This document shows positions 24,231 through 36,700 of a stretch of DNA of 64,000 nt, in pieces. Made by a program: the position numbers and the translations under genes. Location of the stretch: NCBI GenBank assembly GCA_973895155.1, contig OZ316895.1:12469929-12533928 (forward strand), in the 5' to 3' direction. The stretch's first letter is position 1. Each line of letters opens with the position of its first letter. The DNA comes from Marsupella aquatica. Lineage: Eukaryota > Plantae > Marchantiophyta. Under the pieces are notes generated by a model. That model did not search any database. It saw nothing but the letters and a program-made list of their open reading frames with translations, and had not been told where the DNA came from.

Positions 24231-27200
24231 TGATGAAATTACTTATCTCGCCCCTTTCACTTGGCTGAGAACATTCCCACTCACACTTGCCATAATGGGC
24301 TACCATTGGCTAATTAAAGTGGTGAGGTGGATGAGCACACTCAGGCCCAGCCAAGAGATTGGGCAGGCAAGGTTTCCCACCCACACCACTGGACTGTAGC
24401 ACCACAAGCTAAAGCCTGGCATTGTACAACATTTGTTGGATCCAAGGCTCTACATTCAATCTCCGTCATCCCTACCAAAATTTAGGTACATATGCATCCT
24501 GCTATGAACTAGGTGACAGACAATAGAGTGGAGCACACTGGCATTATATATCATCTTATTAGGCAGACTTTGTTTGATAAGATATTTGAGTTAGTCAAGA
24601 CTGACCATGAATTCAAACCAACTGATGCCTTACAAGAGTGAGTTTTTTGAGAGATTTTCTAGACATCATGCCACATTGCAAAATATGAACTACGTCACAG
24701 GTAGAGTAATTAACATTTTTTGCAATCTTTGATATATCCTCTTACTCATTAGTGTTCTAGGATATGACATAGTTTTAGTTAACCTCTTATATAAAGGAGA
24801 AACCTTGTGTAAGTTTTCATCTAGAACTTTGTGTTGAGTAATCATATAGTTAACTTACAATTATTAAGGTCCACTAATGTCAAGGTGGAGTTTGTCAAAC
24901 ATTTAATCTTCACTCGAGAGACACTTAGTAACCACAAGTAGGCATTCAAAATGCAATCAGGTACTTGATTAAATTTAAAATGTGCCGCCACTATATTCAC
25001 TTGCATGACTTAGGTTGTGAATGGAACTGAATTATGATCAGGGTTATAGAGTGATCTAAAACATAGGGAAAACCTAGTATTTGGAGACTCAATATGACTG
25101 ACAGATCTAGAGTTCAACAAAACTTTTTTTGTGTTCGATCCTATGGAGGTAGTCTCTAGCTAGAAGGTGAACTACACATACATCTCTTGTGTCAAAGTTT
25201 TTTCGACATTGCTATATGATGAACCACTGGTTAAGTTTTATTTTCTATATATTTTTAGCCTAAATTAGAGTTTTAATGTACTCTTACAATAAGACACTTA
25301 TCAGAATAGTTACCCTATGGATGATTTTCAAACCCCTTTTGCCAAAAATAATAATCCTTGGTTTTGATTTAATTTTTTACCCCTTTTAGGAAAATGTAAG
25401 GTTAGATATAACCCAATCCCCAACAATGTCCGGAATATTTTCTGAGACAATTGTTTTCACATAGACCAGATCAGTGCAATGGCGGAAAGTTTTCCGAGAC
25501 TCTTTTCTTAAGTTTGTTTTCAGTCTTTAAGACGCCCAAGCACTCAACATTCTCAGGGGAATTGAACCCTGAATTGTCCAGTGAACACTGGACAACCTTC
25601 CAAGCAGAGTACACTTATCCAAACCCACCACTCTCTCTAATAAATCATTGGCCACAACACTTACGGAGGCTGAGCTCTGCGCACCCTCTTGAAGACAAGG
25701 ACAATACACAGCCGGGAGTAAAAAACTAGCACTGAGATCCATGTGTAGAGCCAAGAGTTTAAAAATAAGAACAATAACACTGAGATTGAGAGCACGACAG
25801 TTGTCCCTCAGAAGAACAAGTTCCAAAAGAACAAGTTCCAATCCAATAGGTTCAACGCTTATGTACTACATAGGTTAATATATAGCAGGAGTTCATTCAC
25901 TTCAATTTCTTCGTGTAGTCTTGATGCAGCCCACTAAAGCATGGGACAACAGAACAACGAGCAGACCAGAAGTCAATTAAATCATTCATCGGAGAGAGAA
26001 CGATTGAATGAACTATGAAACCCGAGGGTTGTCAATAGCACTACAGCAGCAATAGCCCACAACAAATAAGGAGTCTAAGTAGATATGGCAGTCAGGCCCA
26101 TGGAAACAAAGTCAATGTGTGCGAATCCTCCATGAACAAGCCACCCACAATGCAGTGATAGAGACAGAGCAGACATCGAGAGCGAGAGCTGGGATCCGAT
26201 CGATTCCAGCACTATCATCGAGCAAGAGCAGACATCAAGAAGCATCAAGCAGACATCAAACAGCATCGAGCAGATCAGCAGCAGCAGCATCGAGTCCAGC
26301 TATCGATGCCCTTGCTTTAGGTTTAGGTTCTCTTCGACTGGACATTCGAGCCAGCCCTTCGTGAGCCCTTGGATACCCCTGTGCTACGGTATACCCTTGG
26401 ATACTCATCCCCTTGCCCCTTTTTATCCCTTTCACATTGGACTTTTTTATATCCTGCATAGGACAAATGAACATTTTTTGTTCGAGGATGAGCATGTTAT
26501 ATCAATACTTCCTTGTTGGATGTTTCACATGTACATGCTGTCTTTGAATGACCCATTGCTTAACAAAGGAGGTCCGGAGGCTGGCAAAACCATGACCTAG
26601 AGGATAGAAATGGGGTATGTGGAGCTAATTTAGCCAGGTCGGAGACAATAATAGAACCCCATTGAGTTCTAGTGGGGAGTCTGAAAATCAATGGATTCCT
26701 GAGAGGAACCCTCTGTGTTGGCTGCCAGCTACCTTATGTGATAGACTGGTGCAAATGCTCTTATTTTCATTTGACTCAAGAATGAGGCCATGAGGGCAAG
26801 TGCGGGGTTCCCTGGCAGACCTGGAGCAGGTAGCCAGTGCCCAGTTTGATTGCTAATGCCCCAGTTTGGTGAGCAATTCCTTCTCAGGTCCCTTTGTATT
26901 ATTAGGGGGGCTTTACAAGACGGTGGGGGCCGTTCAGTGTCTCTCCATCTACAGCAACCCTGAAGGATATAACATAGTTAAAATGCCTGAGCTGGGTGGG
27001 TGCAGTGTCTCTCCATCTAAAGCAAAGCTGATGGCAAGTTTCATATAACATACTTGAAATGCCTGAGCTCCATTTTGAGGAGGTCTAAGTTTTTGACAAG
27101 AAAGCATGTACACAAGACAAAAAGAAGGGACACACTGAAAGATGACTAGGTTTCAAGTAATGGGTTTTGCTTGATTGGGTCCCCAAGTTCATGTAAAGTG

Positions 27201-27440
27201 AATTGTGGCCTGTTCCCACATGTGGATGACTAGGATTGCATCTCACACAGATCCAGATTGGATCTCATACATAGAAACAGTAAATGTTGCCCCCAGTTTT
27301 TGTAAAGCCACCCTTCTATATTTGCTCTTGCCAATTTAAAAATTTTAATGGGTGAGGTGGACCTCCGATTCTCAATTTTACAGGTGACCTCGAACTCCGA
27401 AAAAGGACATCAGAGGTCTAAGATTAACCTGTCACAAGAT

Positions 27441-27667
27441 CGGAAGACTTTGCGAAGAAAGTGAAGGTCTACCAAGAAACATGTCTACAGCTCGGAAGTC
27501 TTTGCGAAGAAAGTGAAGGTCTACGAAAGAAATCGTGTAGAGAAACTGCTACAGAAATGGTAGAACTTCTCGAAGAAAGTGGAGGTCTAAGAAGGGTTTT
27601 GGGACGACAGTGGAAGGTCTATGAAGGATTCTGCGAAGAAAGTGGAGGTCTACCGAGAAATGTGTAG
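27441..27667 (+). repeat. Degenerate repeats of CGAAGAAAGTG(A/G)AGGTCTA (x4, plus one partial) just upstream of GCN2
   Basis: Motif seen at about 27453, 27505, 27570 and 27633, with a partial copy at about 27608. Confidence 0.75.
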
Positions 27668-27757
27668 ACAGAGGAATTGAAGAATTGGCTGACTGGTATT
27701 TGATTAAGATCTCCGGGACACTTTGTCGTGAAGTTTGTCCCGGTTTTGAGGGTATCT

Positions 27758-27784
27758 ATGCGTCGTCGAAGAAGGCATGGGTAG
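27758..27784 (+). promoter_or_regulatory. Candidate overlapping uORF MRRRRRHG* across the GCN2 start codon
   Basis: ATG CGT CGT CGA AGA AGG CAT GGG TAG. Its ATG is 19 nt upstream of, and out of frame with, the GCN2 ATG at 27777. It terminates 8 nt into the CDS. Confidence 0.55.
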
Positions 27785-30700
27785 CGGGAGCGGTGGCGGG
27801 CGAGGGAAGAAGAAGCGTGGCGGAAAATCGAAGAACCGTCGAGCAGCTCTCAAAGATAGCAATGCTGACGACGATCACCGTTCCGACCAGTTGTCAGAAG
27901 AGTTGACTGCTCTGTACGTTTCTCGCCATCCTGCGCTGAACCTCAATGCATAACGTTAGGAAACGATCATCCCGCTCTTGTCCTCTTGGTTCGAATAGTT
28001 TAACAAAAGAATTGTTGCGTTTGTACTGGAAGCGCAATTGTCTGAGATCTGTGGTCGTCGGAGCCAACTGGTTAATGACATTACCGTGAATTATTCACTT
28101 GGAAAATCCTTCTGTGTTTTTGGAGACAAACAACGATGTCGTTCTGTACATACTGCTGCAATTCTTCGGATTTTGTTGGCGTTTTTCTTCAACTTCTAAC
28201 TGTGTTTCCTCTGTGTGTCCAGAGAGGCGATATTCCAAGATGATTATAGCCTCATCTCGGAAAAGCCTTTCGTGGAATTCAGGATCAGTTTGCGGTAAGA
28301 CGACTTTTGAAATTGGCTGTGTGGCAGGGAATACTTTTTAGACATGAATTATCCAGCAAAAATGGACGCGTTTTGAAATGTCTGTTGTCAGACGTTTATC
28401 GATGTCTCTGATGTTCTAAACTTTCTTTTATAGAAATCGTGTACGGTGAGAGGTGTCAGTGCACAAGTCCAGCATGTATAGACTTTTGGCTGCTGCTAGA
28501 CGTATGGCATTGTCGCAACTGGTATCCTTTAGGCGCGTATCGTGTCTGATCTATACGAACCGATCTGATGCATGAGCTTCAGCCCCCACAGTGTGGATGA
28601 TGGAGACGGGGAGGACCACGTCGCAGTCGAGCTCTTCGTACGGTAAAGAGAACGAACTTTTGCAACAATGTCGAACTTGACAAAAATCTTAAATTCTGTT
28701 ACTTGCACGTAGACCTGTTCTGGCAGTTTTTAGTCCCAGGTAGGGGTCAGTTCAATGGCTCTATGAACGTTGGATAATTGATTCCATTGCCTTCTCCTCT
28801 CTGCAGTGGCCTCCTTTCAAACCTGTAGATTTTAAATCAAATGAATTCATCAGAGTTTTCCCCTTTCCTACAGGTGCTTACCTGGATACCCGCTTAGACC
28901 TCCTAAATTACAAGTCACGTCGAAGAAAGGGCTGACAGAAGGTCAGCTGCAGTATCTCCATTCAATTCTCGCTGACCAGGTACCAGCGTGGTCCATGATA
29001 AGTGTGTATTGGTCAACATGTGACCTGATGTATGGTAATGTCTCGTTGTAATTATTTTGCGGAGTCAATTGGCATAATGTTTCTAAAGTTTTTCGTCAGG
29101 GATCGAGGCTATGATATCAACTTGTCTTTGATTCAACTAGTATTTTCTTGCTTGCGCGGTTGTCACTATCTTCGGAATACATTTACTTCATGTGAACCAC
29201 TGATCGGTCCTTTGTGCTCTTCGTGTCAGGCGGCTTCTATTGCAAGAGAGGGCCGCGTGATGGTCTTCAATCTCACAGAGGTTGCACAAGAGTTCTTATC
29301 TGATCAATGCAAAGCAGAAAGCTCCCTTGAGGAACAAATAGCCAGTGAGGTAAGCGTGGATCTTGCTTCAAGTCGGTCATTTGGCACTCAGTTGTATTTG
29401 ATTTTGAGTCCCTAACAAACGCATCTCCCCACTACAGATATCTGCAATAGAGGATGGCAAACAGATGAGAAGTGGTCCAGCAATAGCAAAACAATGAGAA
29501 ATTATCATGTCGTTTAATCCATGTTGGAGTCTTTGGGGAATCGTCACCTGGTTTTGACCCCACGTTTATACCATTCATGTTAAATTTTCAGAAGATAATA
29601 CTCTGCCTCCGTCATCGACGGCCATGGGGAAACATGCTTAGTCACGGACTGTTATTCTTGATCCAGAAAAGTAGATTTTGGGAGTAATGTCGTTCAATCA
29701 GCCTATGCCAGGCCCTTCCAGACCGTTTTGTTCGTGCATTTGCTAAAAGTTCTGGGGCAGCTTACAAGGAACGTGGTGATGGATGGCATGAGTAACTAGA
29801 CTGCAAATGTAGGGCTATCCCATTCTCATTGTAAGCGGGGTGCTCCTTCGTCTGCTTTTATTTGAACTCTTTAAAACTTGCATTACTGATGTGTTATTTT
29901 GGGATGGCGTGGGTGAGAACGGAGAGTTATTGATGACTGTGCGGACCTGCAATGAGATTTTCTTTAAGCTTAGTTTGGGTCAGAGATGAGTGACTTTGCG
30001 AATCCTGACGTGGGCAGCGGAAGATTCACGTTTGTTGGTCAGTTAGTTCCATTGGTTTTCTGAATGGGCTGAAATTCATCGTTTGCACCTTCTAGTCAGG
30101 TGCACCTACTGCAAGATCCACAGATGAAGACTGCCATCCTGCAATACTATCTGCAACCCCTGCAGCAGATGATGAGCAAGGGTCAGATGATAGCATCTAT
30201 TTGGACCTTTTCAACAGTTTATGGAATGACCACGACGTTCAGCTGGAAGAGAGCATCATAACCTCGTCCACTGTACAACCTGTTAGTACCAATACCAGTA
30301 ATTTTATTGTCAAAGAAAAACAATTTTGGGAGAACACAAGGAGGTCTGACCTGTTGGTGAAGGGGAATCTCGGGGCCAAGAATGTGGCTGGAATTGATTT
30401 GAGGAAGAGTTCTGAAAAGCTAGAATCAAGAGGTTCATCACAAGTTGATTTGCTGAAAGTTGTGAACGAGGAATGCGAGGAGAATGAAGAACGAAGCTCT
30501 TGGTCAATAAGTGGTTGCGCAAAATCTGCTTCAGATCTTTTGCAGCAACTGCACGCTGGTCTTGTATGCAAAGAACATTCTTGTGAGGTTGGCTCTTCCT
30601 ACTCCTTGAAACCTCTTATCAATTATATGGCTTTGGGATTGTTTTGTATACTTCTTCCTCCTGAATGGATGTCAATGTATACGCAATAAATACATGTCTG

Positions 30701-33700
30701 CCAAAAGCGCTGAAATTTTCACGGATGCAATGAAGTCTTTGAACATATATTCAATGACAACTATTTTGTGAACAAGCTTTTTCGAGCAAGCTGCCGGGTC
30801 AACGTTCTAACCTAGTTTTGGGGTTAGGTACAGCATGGTGAGAGTCCTGGACATGACTCGAGCGAATCTAGTGATGGAAGTCCCAGTGACGATGACTCTC
30901 CGACATCCTCAAGTAACAACCTTCATGTTCCTCCATCGCCAGATGATTTAGCAACTCAATCCATTCAAAAAGATCTTGTCCTGGTATATATTCCTCATAG
31001 CTGAGTACTGGATTTGCTTATTATGATCTTGAAAGTTGGCTCTCGACATCATTCAGATGTTTTACTGGATCCTTTAGTGGGAAAGATTCTTGAGCAGGTG
31101 TGAGGAAACGGTTTCAACCAACTGATTCTGACCTTTCACGCAGTCAGTAGAAAAGGTGTTGTGTATTCATGCACCCTAGTTAAAGGGTGCAAAGCGCAGA
31201 AGTTTGCGTTCAAGAAATACCTTAGATCAGTTTTTTTGACATTTTAGAAGTTCTGGTCATTATTGTTGCTCTTCACATTGCCACTGTCAAACTCATTGTC
31301 CAGACGCCCGACTTTCAGTAGGCCAATATAGTGGGTGGCAATATAGTTGTAGTTCTACAGACTAGCCTTAAAGTAAGTTTCCTTTATGGTTTGACAGTCA
31401 ATCCTATATATGTGCATGTTTTTTTCTGACAGCTTTTTCAATGTGTGTGGCAGGGTTATCTTCTTCGGCTTGCTTGCAGTCATCGTGGTCCATTACCGCA
31501 GGCATTGCCTATCTTGGCCTCTGAGCTACAAGCGCTTGGAGTGAGTGGGCCGTTGAATACCGCAAACCGTCTTGGAATAAATGAAAGTTCTCAAGAAAGT
31601 AGAAATCAGCTGCCTGGCAAATGGAGAGATAATATACTGGGACCGTACACAAGCCTAGTAGCTCTGTGCTCAATTTGGTCTGGGTGATGTGCAGATCCTA
31701 TCGCAATGGGCAAAAGACCTTGTGGCAAGTCAACCTCAACTGTTTGATGCAATGTTCCGACAGATGTTTGGTCAACTGTCAAAAAAGGCAAAGCTGGCTA
31801 AAACTTTGCACCGCTCGGTGAGTATTTTCTCCCCATGCCTCCCGTCTATGCCTTATTCAGAGATGATCCAGAGCCAAGTTGTGGTGAATATGTCCATAAT
31901 CAATCTTCAGTGCCTGACTGTTTTCATGCAAATGTCAAATTACAGGTGTTCTCCACGGGCTTTTAGTGGTTTTTGAAAATGTTCAATAACACAGTTTTTA
32001 CACTTGGTTGTTGACTTCAAAATATCTGTTGCTCTTCAAGTCACTTCAGTTTTTCTAAGGAACTTAGCTTTGCATGAACAGACACACGCAGCTGCTGATT
32101 TTTTTTGGAGTGCGAGCCCAAAGCTACTGGGCGACGAGAGCACATCAACTTCAAGCTCTCGCTACTCAAGCGACTTTGAAGAACTTTTCCTTCTTGGTAT
32201 ATTTGTCACTTTTGCCCTAGACTGACAAACGAATGTTAAGAAAAGTCTGCTACCTCGAAGCTTTTGGCACCTCGAATTAGACTTAGCCTGCTTCGCTTGA
32301 AACCTCTTTAAACCTGTTAGAGAAGTTTTCCGCTTTTTCGGACATCTTAATTGAGAGTTGTATTTAAGTGAATTGATATAAGGTCTTCTACAGCTGTCTT
32401 CAAGTGGTTGATACAAATGTGAAGATGTCCAACTCAAACCGTTTTATTCAAGAAACTCTTTACTCCACACCGTTATTATAATTTGCCTGGGTCTGGAGTC
32501 CTCTCCCCTCATCCTTTTCCGGCTCACTGACCTTCATTTATAAGTAGCCTTCTTTCAACCAATCACTGAAGCTATAGACGTGTTCCCTCACCAATTTATT
32601 ATCTTAAACTCAACCGTATTGTCTTGATCCTCTGCCTACCCCTTTCTCCGTTCCCCTCTGTCGATATTGTGAGTTGGTCATCAGCATCAGCACCTCTAAA
32701 CCTGATTTACTCATTATCACACAAGAGGCCTCTTCCATTCATCCTTTTCTGGTTTACATGGGTTCTGATAAATACGCAGGACCTCCTTGCATGCAAAGGA
32801 TTAAACTGCCGTCTGACAGTATATTCAAATTTGGGAAGTACTGATGGAGATTCGTGACTTGGAAAAGCTCGTTTCATAATCTTCACCATCTCCACAATGT
32901 TCTTCCTGCGAGAGTCCCCTTCTTAGTTGCAAGACTTCTAAGGCTTAGACAAGGCAGGTTAGTTCGTTCCTATACAAGTCAGATTTTGAGTTCGTTTATA
33001 TTCAAAGGTGAATCCCATTCATCAAGCGAGGTTCTACCGTTTCAAACGAGTCTTAGCTTGGTGCTAAGACTTCTACAAAGTAAGAATGGGAAGTCTTGTA
33101 GGCGGAATTTTTGCAGGTACGTAATTTGGGAGATGTGTTTTTACAGTTATGAATTACAACTGGCACTTCCCCAAATTCACCTAGAGTAATTGCAGTCGGT
33201 GTTGCCGATCTTTAGGTTGTTTCATCGAGAGTCATTTTGCACTCCATTCAGCGGCCATCCCTCGTACTCTGCCAGACTGGATGCTTTTTACTTTCTTGAC
33301 CTTGATCCTCTTTGGGCACTGTGGATCTCAGCTCAATTTATTTCTGATCCGGAAAAATATGCATAAGGAAGAAATGAGTCTTGAGTGTCTGGACTTCAGA
33401 GTCTATTTCAGTTACCGTTTAGAAAATTGTGTCACTGCAGGATGGCAGATCGGCGGAGTGGGTTCTTACCTTGTAGTCCACAGCGGCGGTCATGTTGTCC
33501 CTATTTTGCATGGTCTTATCCTTTGTTCTAATTTCACTTCACAAAATTATTGTTGTACTTCTGGTTTCGAGTCATCTGCAGGAAACAATGTCGGGTTTTG
33601 CCTCTTCCGTCATATTCTATCTTCACGACCTTGTCCAACTAATAAGATGTCGCTGCAGGAAAGGGTGGCTTTGGTCATGTCGTGCTCTGTAAGAACAAGC

Positions 33701-36700
33701 TTGATGGTCGACGCTATGCAATGAAGAAGATTCGGCTAAAAGATGAAAATCCAGTATCAAATGAAAAAATCTTAAGGTTGGTGTTCCGGCGGGGTCAATG
33801 CCTTCTTTTTAGTATTGTTGCTGATAATTATGATTGGTTGATTTTCAACTGAATCGAATTTCAAGCAAATTATCCTGGACACCTCCGATATTTTACTGGG
33901 TTGAAAATGCAGAGAGGTAGCTACTTTAGCAAGGCTTCAACATCATCATGTGGTGCGGTATTATCAGGCTAGTTGCTGTTGCCCTCCTTATCGATATCTC
34001 TCCTCCCCGTATTGGCGAGACAGTGGAGCTGATGTCTGACTCGTCCATACCATGCCTTACTGTTTAATTTTTGTGTACATGTTTGGTTTTCTCGCTGGTG
34101 ACTTACCAAGGTATAGTTACAAATTGAAAATATCCTGATACAATCCGTTTAACAATTGAGCTGAAAGAATACCTTCTCCCTGTACAGGCTTGGATTGAAA
34201 CAGGAGTTGGACATTCGCAATTGCCCATAAATGGGGGCTTTGAGGATTCTGATGATTCGGAAAGATTCTTAACGCGAGAGCGGGCTAGTTTAGGAAGTAG
34301 CATGCAAAGCTATTCTGTAGCTGACGAAGAACCAAAATCAGCCCAAGCAACGTTCCTGTACATTCAGATGGAGTACTGTCCAAGGTATCAGCACAATTTT
34401 AGTTTGTGCAGGTTTCTTGTGTGAATCCATTCAAGATTGCGTCATGGCTCTCTTGTAAACCATTCTGTTGGCCCTGTGTCACATGGTGCAGAACCTTACG
34501 AGAAGTGTTCGATTCGTTCCCTGGATCTTTCAACAAGGATGAGATTTGGCGAATGTTTCGACAACTTGTGGAAGGGCTGGCCCACATTCATGGGCAGGGA
34601 ATTCTTCATCGAGATCTCACCCCCAACAATATATTTTTCGATGCTCGTGGTGACATTAAGATTGGTGACTTTGGACTAGGTGAAGCATATCGATGGTTTT
34701 CCCGTGAAAGTTGCAGTGAAGGCTCCGAGCCTGTTGTCCGCATATATCTGTTTCTGCGTCAAGAATTGAAACATTGGTATCCAAAATTCATTTAATAATC
34801 AGATTCACAGTGCTGGGTAACTTCACATCCATTTTCCTTAACTGTTCGTGCACGTCTATTTTGGTGCAGCAAAGTTTTCAAACTTGGAGCAACAAGATTG
34901 GGATCCCAAGCCTAGCGAGTCTGCTGAAGCGCAAGTTGCACATTTTGAAGGAACGGGTGAGGTTGGCACGTATTTCTACACAGCTCCTGAGATGGATCAG
35001 GGCTTATCACGTATTGATGTGAAGGTACGTATATTTTGGAAGAAATTTCTGCAAGATTGAAGCCGTTTTCTACATGAACACTTTCAATTGATGACTTGTT
35101 TAAGGGCAGCCGTACAGAGGTCCATCATGATTTAGTTGATTCCTGTCTTGACTGAAGCGACTGGTTTTCATCATGTGCTGTCAGAGAGGATGTCAAGATG
35201 AGCTGAAACTAATCTCCCTCTCATTCTAATGGATATGAGCTGTTAAGTTGAATTTGGACTTGATTGGCCTCGTGAAAAGTAGTTGTGGAGAAACACCTGT
35301 GGTGCATGATAAGAACCGCGATAAAGTTAGAGATAGTGCAATGGTTACAGTTGAAAGAAACAATTGCGAGACCATAGTGTTCTTTCAGTTCAGGTGTGAG
35401 TCGTGTCTTTTCGAAGGATAACCATTTGACCACGTTTGGTTTTGTTGTGTCTGACTTTGATGGTGACGCAGGTTGACATCTACAGCTTGGGGGTAGTGTT
35501 CTTTGAGTTTTGGTATCCCTTTAGCACCGCCATGGAACGGTATATTACTTTGAATGATCTCAAACAGAAGGGGTCACTTCCGGTTACTTGGTCGTCAGAG
35601 TTTTTACAGCAGGCCAATTTAATTCGCTGGCTTATGGCTCCCAATCCGGCAGAACGTCCCTCTGCTGTGCAAGTCCTACGCAGTGAACATCTGCCTCCGA
35701 GAATGGAGAATGAGTCTTTGAATGGTATTGAACTTTACTGTCTCATCTAATTTTCTAGATGGATCTGATCTGACCTTCCTACTATCAATATCAGCGTCTT
35801 GGACTAGGATAGAGTGGTACATTGGTTTGATGGAAGGCGTTTTCGTTTGCAGTATCAAAACTTATCCTAAAATGGATGTGCTTATCAAAGCAGGTTTTGG
35901 CTTCTGAACAATGGATGGTGAAAGGGCTTTTGTGTCCAGTTATGGATTGAAACTTGTAAATATTGCAGATATCTTGAGGACTATTCAAAAGGCAGAGGAT
36001 ACCTCTGTCTATGATCAAGTTGTTGCAGCCATATTTGATAGTGAGCGAATTGCTGCTAAAGCAGCCCACGTTGACGCTGACTTGGCCAATCTGAAACGGC
36101 TGGAAAAGGACAAGGCACTGATAAAGTTAGTCGGTGGTAGAGACCCTCTATTGGAATCAGTTAAAGAGGTGTTTGTTTGCCATGGTGCTCAAGGTGTTGA
36201 GAGCTCCTGTTTCAATGTTGTTGATGATCTCCATCACCTGAACAGGTGCTAAGTCTCTCCATAAAGATAAATTCAAGCGTTGTTTCATTTAGGGTGGTCT
36301 CCTTCCGAAATCATGACATGGAACCTGTAGCGAAGTGAAGTCATTTTTATGATATGTTTCGAGACTTTCGTAATAGTACGTAACCCGACATCGTCAGCGT
36401 CAAAGAATATTGCAGTAGATCAGGAAGACTACAACAGACTATATTATAGGGCCTCTGTCAATCGTTATGACCTTCACTTCCTGGTCGGCGTGTAGACGAC
36501 TGTGAAACTCTATGTTGTTCCTATTCTTCAAATAGGTTTTTTGGAGGGGAAAGTAATGCCTTCAAATTATTTCATGCTGGCAGGCAGGCTGCAAGTTTAC
36601 TTGACTCTTCCGGGAACATGCTTGATGTGCGCCATGAACCTCGGCTGCTGTTGGCACGTTGGGTGGCTGTGAATCAGGTTACCTTGAATCCGACTATTTG

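Noticed and set aside
23732-24306. ORFs of 96-158 aa on both strands
   Set aside because: Low-complexity K/F-rich translations of A/T tracts and palindromes, not protein-like.
25427-26495. Possible solo LTR
   Set aside because: Composition is LTR-like and TGTCC/GGACA ends can be picked, but I found no matching TSD, PBS or PPT, so boundaries are unsupported.
34607-34640. HRDLTPNN instead of HRDLKPxN in the kinase catalytic loop, suggesting a pseudokinase
   Set aside because: Plant GCN2 proteins normally have Thr at this position, and the other catalytic motifs (GxGxxG, AMKK, DFG, APE) are intact.
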